Source: an uncultured Spirochaetota bacterium (lineage in GTDB: Bacteria > Spirochaetota > Spirochaetia > SZUA-6 > Fen-1364). From it: a stretch of 64,000 bases of DNA. The position numbers and the translations under genes are program-made. Numbering within the stretch: the first letter of the stretch is position 1; each line of letters opens with the position of its first letter. Below the pieces are notes generated by a model. The model worked only from the letters and a program-made list of their open reading frames with translations. It made no database searches and was not told where the DNA came from. Below are positions 20,487 through 30,991 of the stretch, one piece after another. The DNA lies in assembly GCA_963845535.1 (NCBI GenBank), contig CAWJSK010000014.1, positions 32,001 to 96,000 on the forward strand, in the 5' to 3' direction.

Positions 20487-21137
20487 CTATTGCGTTACTG
20501 ACGGAGCCGCCGGCTTGTTGACGTCCACTATCTCCCGGGACAGCCAGGGGCTCGAGGGATTCTGCTCCTTCATATAGGATTGCAGCGCTGCGTCGTCCCA
20601 AGCCTGTGACACGGAGACATCGTAGTACTTGTCGTCCTTGATGTGCGCGCCAACGGCGCCTGGTGATGTGCCCTCGGCTGATGATCCCATAGCTATGAGC
20701 TCGTAGTCAACCTCAGGACGGAAGGCAAGTGTGTCCTTCTGTGCGGCGTACGTCATGGTCACATTCCCTAGGGAGAGAACGCGACCGGCAGAAGGCTCAA
20801 TCTTCAGTCCAATGGGCCGCCAGCCAAGAATGTAACGTCGGCTTCCGTCCAGCATATTGGCTCTGCTGCCAGCAAGCTCATAGGTGTGGCCTGGCTGGGC
20901 CAGGAAAGCGAAATGACCGTTGTAGAGGAACTTGGAGAATGTACGGCCCGCCGTAACGTCCCGAATGTCCAGCTCGATGTCGCTGTTAATAACGGTGTGC
21001 TGAGTATCGAAGAACTTCCCGGGAAAGCTCATTGAGAACGTGCCGATAACAAGGCTTACGTCAGGACTATTAGGTCCTGGAAGCGTAGAGCACGATAACA
21101 AAAAGAACAGCGGCAAAGCCAGTCTTAAGGCTTTCAT
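20487..21137 (-). CDS. Hypothetical lipoprotein
   Basis: LLSC lipobox. Confidence 0.75.
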   Translation of the reverse strand: MKALRLALPLFFLLSCSTLPGPNSPDVSLVIGTFSMSFPGKFFDTQHTVINSDIELDIRDVTAGRTFSKFLYNGHFAFLAQPGHTYELAGSRANMLDGSRRYILGWRPIGLKIEPSAGRVLSLGNVTMTYAAQKDTLAFRPEVDYELIAMGSSAEGTSPGAVGAHIKDDKYYDVSVSQAWDDAALQSYMKEQNPSSPWLSREIVDVNKPAAPSVTQ

Positions 21138-21200
21138 AGTCTTTCTCTGCTTACAATATACGCAATCAGGGACCGGCTGGCTCAGCTCGCCGTATCTCCT

Positions 21201-21746
21201 TTACTGCTGCGGCTTCTCTCCGACTACGACGTTCACCACATAGACGCGAGCTTCCCCGCCAAGGTAAATCGCTATCCTGCAGGTGAAGTTCTTAGAGTAC
21301 ATCGGCTCAAAAGGAGCTTGGTTCGGTGCGTACGCTGCGGAGGAAGATGATGGAACGTTGCTTGCCGGCACAATGCCGGTTATGACATCTCCCCCCGGCG
21401 AAATGTGGCTGTCAGGCATGTCCCTTCCAGCATCCGAGAGGTATCGCCCAACGAGGAAAACGACGTGCGACTTTCCGTTATAGTCGATCGACGATTCACG
21501 CCACCTGATCGTAAGGGGTTTGTCGGAGGAGTTCTTGACCTGAATGTCAGCACCAACAGCCTGAAGCCCGGTTGTCAGCCTGTTAACTGTCTCCAGGCTA
21601 GGCACAGTGACTTGTACGAGGTTGTCCGGAGCCGTTGAGGTCACATCGAATGTAAACGGTGGCCCGGAGTTCTGCAAGGTTTTCACCAACGTTGCGCAAG
21701 ACATCAGCGCAAGGGAGGAGCACAGAACAACAATAACGCCTTTCAT
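21201..21746 (-). CDS. Hypothetical lipoprotein
   Basis: LMSC lipobox; GGAG SD; similar to 5581-6132. Confidence 0.75.
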   Translation of the reverse strand: MKGVIVVLCSSLALMSCATLVKTLQNSGPPFTFDVTSTAPDNLVQVTVPSLETVNRLTTGLQAVGADIQVKNSSDKPLTIRWRESSIDYNGKSHVVFLVGRYLSDAGRDMPDSHISPGGDVITGIVPASNVPSSSSAAYAPNQAPFEPMYSKNFTCRIAIYLGGEARVYVVNVVVGEKPQQ

Positions 21747-21777
21747 ATGAACACTCCAATTGGAATGGATGGTGCAT

Positions 21778-21811
21778 AAAAACAGGCTGTCCGGCCGAAG
21801 CCGGACAGCCT
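21778..21811 (-). terminator. Rho-independent terminator of the barrel gene
   Basis: AGGCTGTCCGGC-cgaa-GCCGGACAGCCT followed by a U-tract on the minus strand. Confidence 0.85.
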
Positions 21812-21835
21812 TCGAAGTTTCAGATCAACCAAGCT

Positions 21836-23095
21836 TTAGAAGGAGATGGCTGAACCGAAGTAGAACCCGTTGCGGATAGCGCCAACGTTGTCGTTTCCGA
21901 GCGTCACGTTGCCATCTGATCCGGCAGAACCATTAGCATTGTTCGTGCCAAGCTGGTCAGCTCCAGCAATCTCCCATCCAATGATGAGCTTGAAGGCGCC
22001 GAACGTGAAATACGAGCCAAGATCGACCGCCTGCAGAGGCGCACTGTCCTGTGTTGCTCCGTCAAGGTACGCGGCAACATAGATGTCAACAGGAGAGACC
22101 GGGAGAAGGTGGAACGTTGCCGAATAGTGCTGCAGAGCCTCTTCGTTGGTGGTTGTTGCGCCAAGGATCAGCTTGAAGACCTGATAGCCGAAAGTTACGT
22201 CAGCGCCGAACACCCAGTTGGTGGTGTCAGTGCGGAAGAACACGCTCGGCTTCAGGGTGATGCCAGAGAACTGCGGAACATCGTACTTAGCTTCGATTGC
22301 GATGTTGCTGTAAGCCGGCCCTATTACGTTTGGTTTGGCGACGGTAAGGCTAGTGGAGCCTGCGGTGTAACCATTTGCGGTTCCGTAGTAGCCATACGAA
22401 GCGAAGAATCCGAAGCCCATGTAATTGACTTCAGCGCCAACCAGCGTGTTCTGGAGCAGGAAGTCGTTGACTTCATGGATTGTGACGGGTCCAACACCAA
22501 CCTGCCAATGATAGCCTATGAAGTTGGTATCACCAGCGATGGTGATCAAGCCAGCGTCCCAGTGGTTTCCAGGGGTCTTTGCCCAGGCGCCATACTCCCA
22601 TTCCCAACCGTTGTTGTCATACCACCAGTCGGTGAGAACGGAGTCCTGCAGACCGATAGTGAGCTTCACATCAACAGGGATGTCCGTCAGACCGATTGAC
22701 TTTGTCAGGTCACTGGTCCACATCCAGTGCCACAGGGAGTTGCCCAGCTGGTCTATGGGATTGCTGATAGAAGCCGTAACACCCGGTAGGACTGTCTGGG
22801 TTCCTGTTATTGAACCACCCTGCGGACCAATAATCGAGCCTCCGTTGACCAGCCTGAGGCCAACTTCCATGGTGTTGTTCGCGTCAAACGCCACATCCAG
22901 AGTGGGCCATATGCGCTCAGCGCCGCTGTTGATGGTGTCCGGCCCCGAAGAGATAGTCGGGTCAACGTTCAACCACCAGAATCCTTGCATGTGGTAGCTG
23001 ACTGTCGGCCCCGCCGGCGCCGCCGTGTCGGCGAAGGCCGGAACGCTGAAGGCCACCAAGGCCACTACGATGAGGAATAACCAAGCCTTTTTCAT
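21836..23095 (-). CDS. Outer-membrane beta-barrel/porin-like protein
   Basis: Signal peptide, amphipathic aromatic strands, C-terminal YFGSAISF; own promoter, SD and terminator. Confidence 0.75.
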   Translation of the reverse strand: MKKAWLFLIVVALVAFSVPAFADTAAPAGPTVSYHMQGFWWLNVDPTISSGPDTINSGAERIWPTLDVAFDANNTMEVGLRLVNGGSIIGPQGGSITGTQTVLPGVTASISNPIDQLGNSLWHWMWTSDLTKSIGLTDIPVDVKLTIGLQDSVLTDWWYDNNGWEWEYGAWAKTPGNHWDAGLITIAGDTNFIGYHWQVGVGPVTIHEVNDFLLQNTLVGAEVNYMGFGFFASYGYYGTANGYTAGSTSLTVAKPNVIGPAYSNIAIEAKYDVPQFSGITLKPSVFFRTDTTNWVFGADVTFGYQVFKLILGATTTNEEALQHYSATFHLLPVSPVDIYVAAYLDGATQDSAPLQAVDLGSYFTFGAFKLIIGWEIAGADQLGTNNANGSAGSDGNVTLGNDNVGAIRNGFYFGSAISF

Positions 23096-23118
23096 GAATG
23101 CTCCCTCCTCATTGGACT

Positions 23119-23196
23119 GGGAACCGAGTCGACGACTCGATGTGTTCCCTTAATCTTATCTGCCCCGATTCTATCAGAGCGTATAAGCCATGTCAA
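23119..23196 (-). promoter_or_regulatory. Consensus promoter and 5'UTR hairpin of the barrel gene
   Basis: TTGACA(23191-96)-17-TAGAAT(23168-73); stem at 23119-23149. Confidence 0.75.
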
Positions 23197-23461
23197 TAAA
23201 TTTTTCACCTCCCTCTGTTTCGTGATGCACATTCCTCTCAACACGCGCAAAGAATCGATTTGTCACCGCACGGCGCTTCGACGCGTTGCCATCCTCGAAA
23301 CTGATCAGGTGTTGCTCCAATAGGTTTTCTTCAAGCATCGGCCGGAACATACGCATATTTGAGCGGTGAACTTTCCCGGCCGACCTTGATCGACCCAAAT
23401 CTCACAGAATGCTATAGTAGTTCTTTCCTCCCGTCAAGCGCAAATTTTCTTCGGAGGATGG

Positions 23462-24864
23462 ATGATTCGGTTGAGCAAACTGTGCGATCTAATAAGGAAG
23501 CAATCGATTGCAGGCATGGATGAGCGGCTGGCGCATTCCGCGTTGAGCATTTGCCGCCTGTTTCATGAACGATTTGCCAATTCTCATGATCCTGAGGTGG
23601 CAATCGGTCTTTGTGCCGGGCAGGGTGGAAGTTGCGGGCAAGCATACCGACTACGCGGGAGGGCACACCCTTGTCTGCGCAATAGAAAATGGCTTCCTGT
23701 TTGTCGCAGGCTCGAACCAGGACGGCAGGATTCGTATCATTGAAGCCTCTTCCGAGTTCGAGCCTGTGGAGTTTCCTTTCACGGCAGGCCTCGAGCCGCC
23801 TGCGGGACGTTGGGCGAACTACCCCATGACAACGGCGCAGAGGGTTGCAGCCAACTTCGGCGGGGAGGCGCCTCTTAGCGGCGTGGACATCGCTTTTTCC
23901 AGTGACATGCCCGTGGGCAGCGGCATGAGCGGCTCATCAGCGCTGATGATGATGTGTTTTTGCGCCATCGCCATTGTCAACACGCTCCATGAGCGCGCCA
24001 CTTTCAAGGAGAACATCCGCAACGGCATAGACCTCGCCATGTACCTGGCCTGCGCGGAGAATGGGCAGAGCTTCCGCAACCTCCCGGGCGGCAGGGGCGT
24101 GGGGACCTTCGGCGGGTCGGAGGACCATACCGCCATTCTGAACTGCAGAGAAGGATCCCTGGCCCTTTATCAATACGCACCCACGGTGCTCAAGGCAGAG
24201 GCGGCCTGGCCGTTGGAATGGGCGCTGGTGATAGCCTTTTCAGGGGTTCGTGCGGAAAAGACAAAAGAAGCCCTGGCGAGGTACAACCTCGCCTCCGAGA
24301 GAGCCCACAGGGCAGTGCTGGCATATAATCGTATTTATAGAAAGAAATTGCACACCCTTGGGGAAATCGACAGCACAGACAAGGGGTACAGGCGCGGCCT
24401 TCTGGCTCAAGCGCTTGGAGGGCGCCAGCTTTCAAGAAAAGGCGCTTGACCTGCCCGGCAGGGTCAGGCAGTTCCTCCAGGAGGAAAGGGAGACAACCCC
24501 ACGAACGTTGGAGGGGATCCTTTGGCGGGACCTGAATGCTTTCGGCGCCGCCGTGAATGCCTCTCACCGTGCCTCACGCCGTCTCTTGTGGAACATCGTG
24601 CCGGAAGTCGACTTCCTGCAGCGCAGCGCCATCAAGCTCGGCGCCGCCGGCGCCAGCGGGTTCGGGGCGGGCTTCGGCGGAAGCATTTTTGCCGTGATCC
24701 GCGCGGAGGACGCCGTACAGTTCGTATCAGCGTGGCGCAAGGAATATGCAAGACGCTATCCAGAACGTGAGAAGGAGAGTGCATTCCTCTTTGCCAAGCC
24801 GTCCTCTGGGATCAGGATGTGGGAGGAGAAGGGACAGGCGAGATTCGTGGATGCTATTTTCTAG
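23462..24864 (+). CDS. Galactokinase-like GHMP kinase, frameshifts near 23605 and 24385
   Basis: PGRVE..GKHTDY.GG, P.GSGMSGSSA, GAGFGGS across three frames. Confidence 0.82.
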
Positions 24865-24903
24865 GCGCCGGTCTTCCTCCGCGCCGGCGTCTCCCGGCGG
24901 ATC

Positions 24904-25791
24904 TCAGACCTTCTCCCCATTCATCGCCGCGACCACCTTGTACAGTCCCTGCGTTCCGAGGTTCTCCATCCCCAGCGCCTGAGCGGAAATATAGAGCTGG
25001 TTCACCAGCGCAAGACCGGGGAGGGAGAGCTTCATCCGACGCGCCTCTTCCAGCGCAATTCCCATGTCCTTTACGAAGTGCTTGATGTAGAACCCCGGGT
25101 TGAAGTCACCCTTCGCGATCCTCCTGCCGAGGTTGTTGAGCGACCATGATGCGGCGGCTCCCTTGCCAACGATGTCGATCATGGCATCCAACCCGAGACC
25201 TGCTTTCTGCGTGTACAGGAGGGCCTCCACCATCCCGATCATGTTCCCCGTGATCACGATCTGGTTTGCCATCTTCGTATGCTGTCCCGCCCCCGGGCCG
25301 CCCATCAGCGCGATGGTCTCTCCCATCTTCTGGAGGAGAGGGAGGACGGCATCAAACGCCTGTCTTTCGGCCCCCACCATGATGGCAAGCCTGGCCTCCC
25401 GAGCGCCCACGTCACCGCCTGACACCGGTGCGTCGACGGAGGCGATCTTCTTCTTTCCTGCCTCTGCGTGAATGCGGACCGCGAGTGAGGGCTCCGACGT
25501 GGTCATGTCACATACCGCGGCGCCGGACTTTGCTCCGGCGAGCACGCCATCCGCTGCCAGGTACACCTGTTCCACGTCCGAGGGAAAGCCGACCATGGTG
25601 AAGATCACGTCACTCCTCTCGGCAACCTCGCGCGGGCAACCCCGCCACGAAGCGCCTGCGTCCAGCAGCGCCTGCGCCTTGTCGCGCGAACGGGTGTAGA
25701 GCGTCACTGGGTAGCCGGCGCGAAGCAGGTGTCCGCACATGGACCTGCCCATGACACCAGTGCCAATCCATCCCACCTTTACATTCGCCAT
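24904..25791 (-). CDS. Beta-hydroxyacid dehydrogenase (tartronate semialdehyde reductase-like)
   Basis: GWIGTGVMG, DAPVSGG, GAGQHTKMANQ, F.KD. Confidence 0.92.
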   Translation of the reverse strand: MANVKVGWIGTGVMGRSMCGHLLRAGYPVTLYTRSRDKAQALLDAGASWRGCPREVAERSDVIFTMVGFPSDVEQVYLAADGVLAGAKSGAAVCDMTTSEPSLAVRIHAEAGKKKIASVDAPVSGGDVGAREARLAIMVGAERQAFDAVLPLLQKMGETIALMGGPGAGQHTKMANQIVITGNMIGMVEALLYTQKAGLGLDAMIDIVGKGAAASWSLNNLGRRIAKGDFNPGFYIKHFVKDMGIALEEARRMKLSLPGLALVNQLYISAQALGMENLGTQGLYKVVAAMNGEKV

Positions 25792-25823
25792 GGCGTGTTT
25801 CCTCCGCTTCGTGACCGGGAACT

Positions 25824-26552
25824 TCAGATCTTTTCCAGCGGTTCCTCGGACGCGCCGAGGTGCATTGCGGGTCCGTTTCCCGGGGCTGCCCAACGGACCG
25901 CGTTCCGAATGACATGCTGGACCTCTTTCTGGTGATACGTGGGGAACGTCTCATGCCCCGGACGGAAGTAGAAGATGCGGCCCTTGCCGCGCAGGAAGCA
26001 GCAGCCCGAGCGGAACACGTTTCCTCCCGCAAACCAGCTAATGAGCACGGTTGCGTCAGGCACCGGGATATCGAACCTTTCCCCGTACATCTCCTCATGG
26101 GGGATCTCGAAGTACGGCCCCAGGCCGTCCACGATCGGGTTTCCCGGCTCCACCACCCACAAGCGCTCCTTCTCACCCGCTTCCCGCCATCGAAGGAGAC
26201 AGGAGGTTCCCAGGAGTCGGACAAACGGCTTGGAAAGATGGGCCGAATGAAGGACGATAAGCCCCATGCCCTGGAGAACCCGGTTCTGGACGCGGACGGC
26301 TACGTCATCACGGACTTCTCCGTGGGCCAGGTGGCCCCACCAGATGAGGACGTCGGTCCCCGAAAGCACGGAATCCGTCAGGCCGTGCTCAGGCTCGTCG
26401 AGAGTCGCGGTCCGCGTCTCGAAGTCCCGGTCCTGAGAGAGGAACCCCGATATCGCGCCGTGAATGCCTTTGGGGTAGATCTTCGAAACCTGTGGGTCGG
26501 TTTTCTCATGACGGTTCTCGTTCCATACTGTAACTCGGATTTTTTCTGCCAT
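25824..26552 (-). CDS. ThuA domain protein
   Basis: [24 protein letters not shown]. Confidence 0.92.
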   Translation of the reverse strand: MAEKIRVTVWNENRHEKTDPQVSKIYPKGIHGAISGFLSQDRDFETRTATLDEPEHGLTDSVLSGTDVLIWWGHLAHGEVRDDVAVRVQNRVLQGMGLIVLHSAHLSKPFVRLLGTSCLLRWREAGEKERLWVVEPGNPIVDGLGPYFEIPHEEMYGERFDIPVPDATVLISWFAGGNVFRSGCCFLRGKGRIFYFRPGHETFPTYHQKEVQHVIRNAVRWAAPGNGPAMHLGASEEPLEKI

Positions 26553-26561
26553 AGCGAACAC

Positions 26562-27208
26562 TCATAACAAAAAGCCGATCCCGAGTCCAGCGACGAAATC
26601 GGGTCCCATCATTCCGGTCTCCAGTGAAAGGGAGAGCAGATCGATACCAAAGGAGAGTCCGGCCGACCAGTCCAGACCCCAGGCATTCGGCGGAAAGACG
26701 GACTCTGCCTGGGTGACCGGCCCAGCGACAATCCCGTAGTCGTCCCAGTAGGTCACATTCGTGTAGCCATAGGGACCATAGCCGACTGCTCCGTCCAGGG
26801 TGAACGCCGGTGCCAGGTGGAGGTGCAACGTGCCCATGACCGCGAGCGCCCACCATTCGGCCCCGATGTGAACGCCGTCATAGGGGTAGTAGCTTCCTGA
26901 GGTGTCAGACACGCCGGGCATTCCCAGGTCCCAACTGGAGAAGGCGAATGATCCCTTTACCTCGATTCCGACATCAAGCGGCCACCGGCGCACGGCCAGG
27001 TACTCGATGTCTCCGGAGAGGACGAAGTCGCTGGAGGCATTGCCCTGGGCAGGCACGCTGAAGAACGGGAGACGTGAGACCGAAAGGTGTTCGACGCTGT
27101 GCCGTATTCGAAGTCTATTCCCGCGCGCAGCCCGGCGGGATATCCAGGGGCAACGCCCGCAAGAAGGACCATGAGGCCGATGATGGAAGTCAGGGTCAAC
27201 CGATTCAT
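26562..27208 (-). CDS. Probable outer-membrane beta-barrel, frameshift near 27085
   Basis: Signal peptide in one frame; beta-strand pattern ending AGLGIGFLL in the next. Confidence 0.6.
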
Positions 27209-27438
27209 ATGAGCCACCTCGCAACCGCTGTCACCGTCATAAACAACATTCTCACCGGCTGCCGTAGCGGTCAACATAATTTCTTGTTGTTCCGTTTTTA
27301 CGAAGCTTTTACATTTCCCGTAAACCCCAGTGACACAACGCCCCTGAATCTTGCTACAATCAGACAGTATAAGCAGTAAAATCCGCGCGGAGTTGGTCCG
27401 CGCCAGGGAGTGCGACCCGCGAGCAGGCGGAGCGTGAA

Positions 27439-29456
27439 GTGAAGGCTCGATATCTCGGGATCATTTTCGTTGCGGCAGTCCTCGTTCCCAGCGTGTTCCT
27501 TTCCGTGCTGTCGATCCGCTCGGCAGGTCGGGAGGAAGCGTACGTGGAAAAGCAACTGGCAACGACCCTCCTGGCTGAAGTCACTCACACGGCAAGCCTG
27601 GTGAACGCCGGGGTGGACCGACTTGCTGATGAGCTTCACGCAAGCGTAGCTTTCCCAACAGGTTCGGCGTATCAGCGCGCTCTCACCGCCTGGAAAGGAA
27701 GGGACGCCCTTGTCGGCGTGCCTTACGTGCTGTCGCCGGAGTATGGGATCCTATGGCCGTGGCCGGGAAACCCGTCCACGCAAGAGGAGCGCGCCTTTCT
27801 GCGGCAGAACGCGGATTTCCTGAGCGGAAAGTCCGCCACGGCGGTCTTCGCCAACATAGCCGTTGTGCACAAGGAGCAGGTCCTGGCGGAAGCGAGGAGA
27901 CTGGGCGCAGCCTCGCAAGGCGCGGCTATGGGGCGTGCTTCTCCAGCAGGTGCGGCTGCGGGTTCTCTCGCGCTGGCCGCGCCTGGTTCTGAGCCCGCGG
28001 CGTCCGCTGAAGCTTCAAAGCCCGCTGAGTCGAGCGAGCTGGAAAGCCAGCAAGCCATAGACACGTTCGCCCAAAGCCCCGCTGTCCAGGCAAGCGTTTA
28101 TAAAGAGGCGCGGAAGCAGGGCCAGCAGTTGAATGCAAGGGTTGCCCAGCCCACCTCGAAGGCCCTCCCGGCAAATGCCGACTCTGGCCCAGGAAAGCGC
28201 GGACGCCCCGGCACCCGCGGACAAAAAAGACACCGCCCCAACGTCTCCTCCCGCGGGCCAACCATCCCAGTACATCACCACGTCGCGCCTCCTCAGCGAG
28301 ATCGCCTCCAAGGGCGAGTATGGGATCATCCCGCGGTTCATCGGGGACAGGCTGACGTTTCTCTTCTGGGACCGGCTGCCGGACCGCAGGATTGTCGGAT
28401 GCGAGATTGCGCCGGCGGAGTTCCGTCAACGGGTGGAGGCCATCCTGCCCTCCACGTATTCGGCCGTACGGATCCTCACGGTGCTGGATGAGAGCGGGCA
28501 GCCTCTTGCCACGCCGGCCGGCGTGGCCTCCCGCGACTGGCGGCGGCCCTTCGTCTCCCAGGAGATCGGCTCATCCCTGCCGCGATGGGAAGTGGCGAGC
28601 TACCTGACGGACCCCGGTTCCATTGCCGCGCAGGCGCGATCGACCTCCGCCGTGATCTGGATCCTCGTGCTGATCCTCTTCGTCTCGGTTGCCGGCGGAG
28701 GGACCATGGTCCTCACGTCCTTGTACGGTGAAATGCGCCTGGCGCAGAAGAAAGCGAGCTTCGTGGCCAACGTTTCGCACGAGCTGAAGACACCGCTTAC
28801 CTCCATCAGCCTGTTCATCGACCTGCTGCGTCGAAAGCGCCAGCCGGACCCCTGAGAAGCGGGACCGCTACCTCGCCATGATGGCCGCGGAGACCGAGCG
28901 CTTGGGAAGGCTCATCAACAACGTTCTGGACTTTTCCTCCCAGGAGAAGGGCAAGGCGAAGTATGCAATGCTCTCCGTGGACGTCGGGCAGGTGGCAGAG
29001 GAAGTGGTGGAAGGCCAGCGCGTGCGCCTCGAAGGTCTGGGTTTCACCGTTCGCTTTCTGGCGGAGAGGCCCGCAGAACGCCTGTTTGCAAACGCAGACC
29101 CCGGCGCGCTGAAGCAGGTTCTCATCAACCTCCTGTCCAACGCTGAAAAGTACTCGCCCCGTCAAAAGGAGCTCGAGGTGGAGGCGATTCACACGGGCTC
29201 CGAGGTCGCGGTGCACGTACGGGACCGGGGGATCGGCGTTTCAGAGAAGGACAGGGAGAGGATATTCCTGGAGTTCGTCAGGGTGGACGACTCCCTGACC
29301 ACGCGGGTGCCCGGCACCGGTCTTGGCCTCACCATAGCGCGCAGGATTGCGCGTGATCACGGGGGAGACCTCACCTGCCAGGGCCGCACGGGAGACGGGG
29401 CGGATTTTGTCCTGCGGCTGCCGGCCGCGGCGCCTGACCCCGAGGAGCAGCAATGA
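27439..29456 (+). CDS. Membrane sensor histidine kinase, frameshifts near 28173 and 28851
   Basis: Two TM segments, SHELKTPL H-box, NLLSNA.KY, D.G.G, GTGLGL. Confidence 0.88.
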
Positions 29457-30148
29457 TGAAGCAGAGGATCCTGATCGCCGAAGATGACGCGGCAATCCTG
29501 ACGGGGCTCGCCGACCTCCTGGAAGGAGAGGGCTTTTCCGTGGACAAGGCCGCGGACGGCGCGGAAGCGCTCGTGAAATGGAACCAAGCGCGGCCCGACC
29601 TCATTCTCCTGGACGTCATGATGCCGGAGAAGAGCGGGTTTGACGTGTGTCGGGAAATCCGAACGCGGGACGCGGCCACCCCCGTCATCATGCTCACGGC
29701 GAAGGGGGAGGAGATCGACAAAGTGGTCGGCCTCGAGCTGGGCGCGGATGACTACGTCGTGAAACCCTTCGGAGCGAACGAGCTTCTTGCCCGAATCAGG
29801 GCGGTCCTGCGCAGGGGCAGGGGAAAGCCCGCCTCACGGGACGAAAGGCCCATAGAGTTCGCCGACGTCCGCGTGGACCCGAAGACGATGAAAGGCCGCA
29901 GGGGAGGGAGCGAGTTCGACGTCAGCCTTCGCGAGCTGGCGCTGCTTCAGCTTTTCACCTCACGGGAAGGGGCGGCGCTCGACCGGTTCACGATCCTGGA
30001 TGAGGTGTGGGGTGTGAAGTACGAGGGCACCACCCGCACGCTGGACCAGCATATTGCGTGCTTGCGCAAGAAGATCGAAGCTGATCCCGCCCATCCCCGG
30101 CACATCACGACTGTGCACGGAGTGGGCTACCGCTTCTCGGGGAAGTAG
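29453..30148 (+). CDS. OmpR/PhoB family response regulator
   Basis: EDD, LLDVMMP, GADDYV.KPF, TVHGVGYRF. Confidence 0.96.
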   Translation: MMKQRILIAEDDAAILTGLADLLEGEGFSVDKAADGAEALVKWNQARPDLILLDVMMPEKSGFDVCREIRTRDAATPVIMLTAKGEEIDKVVGLELGADDYVVKPFGANELLARIRAVLRRGRGKPASRDERPIEFADVRVDPKTMKGRRGGSEFDVSLRELALLQLFTSREGAALDRFTILDEVWGVKYEGTTRTLDQHIACLRKKIEADPAHPRHITTVHGVGYRFSGK

Positions 30149-30174
30149 GCCAAATTGACTGGCCGGCGGGTACG

Positions 30175-30501
30175 TCAGGCCGGTATGAGCTCCCCGTAGC
30201 CAAGGGCGTCTTGGAGAACTGACGAAGTCTTTTTCACTCGCTCAAACTCGTCCGGCGCGTAACAGAGGAAGTCAACGTGAACCGGGAAGCGCACCTTTCT
30301 TGCAACCAAAGCCATTCTTCGTACGAACGGGATTGCCGTGAAAGACTCAGAGACGAGAATAACATCGAGGTCTGATCCCTCGCGGGCGTTGCCGGCTACC
30401 CGCGAACCAAAAAGGATTATCGACTGCGGATTGTATTCCCTTTTCAGGATGGGGATTGCCTCGGCTTTGAAACGCTCTACTAAGGGATCAGGATTCGTCA
30501 T
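30175..30501 (-). CDS. Minimal nucleotidyltransferase (MNT)
   Basis: LFGSR..G....SDLD motif. Confidence 0.9.
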   Translation of the reverse strand: MTNPDPLVERFKAEAIPILKREYNPQSIILFGSRVAGNAREGSDLDVILVSESFTAIPFVRRMALVARKVRFPVHVDFLCYAPDEFERVKKTSSVLQDALGYGELIPA

Positions 30502-30893
30502 TTTCCCTCCAGAATCGAAAGCTCACCTTGAAAATGCTGAAAAATGCCTTTCGCTACCACCAGTTTCTCCCGCGCTATTTCCTCCGTATACATTTCAAAC
30601 GGGGTGTCATCGCTGACATCGGGATAACGGGCAAGGGTGTAGTCAGCCGTGAGATCTATGAGATGACCTTGGATGTCCTCGGGGAGGTCGATTGCATTCG
30701 AAAGTTCGTCGAGATAGTGGGTCCTGGGAATTATACCGCCTCGAACAGCAATCACCGTCTTCAGGAGTTTCTCAACAGCTTGTTGGCAAAGGAAGGCGCA
30801 CGTGTCGTATCCTCCGATCGCAATGTTTTTCTCTGCGATCTCCAGATCGTGTCTCGCTTGAAGGTACCATTTTGACGCGATCATCTTGCTCAT
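30498..30893 (-). CDS. HEPN domain protein
   Basis: A..DL..A, F.CQQAVEK.LK, RTH.L, Y..ARYPD. Confidence 0.9.
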   Translation of the reverse strand: MSKMIASKWYLQARHDLEIAEKNIAIGGYDTCAFLCQQAVEKLLKTVIAVRGGIIPRTHYLDELSNAIDLPEDIQGHLIDLTADYTLARYPDVSDDTPFEMYTEEIAREKLVVAKGIFQHFQGELSILEGK

Positions 30894-30991
30894 GAAACCC
30901 GGCGTCCCATGCGGCAATCATACGGCAGGTCCCTTCCGCTATCAACAGCCGGCCGATTTGTCCTCGGCGGGTTCCATGTTGCGCCCCGCCG

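Noticed and set aside
10969..21746. 17-nt identity (MKGVIV) at the starts of galU and a lipoprotein
   Set aside because: No similarity beyond the first codons; likely chance
28853..28855. TGA in the kinase as selenocysteine or readthrough
   Set aside because: The downstream domain is in another frame; removing one C in CCCC restores the protein
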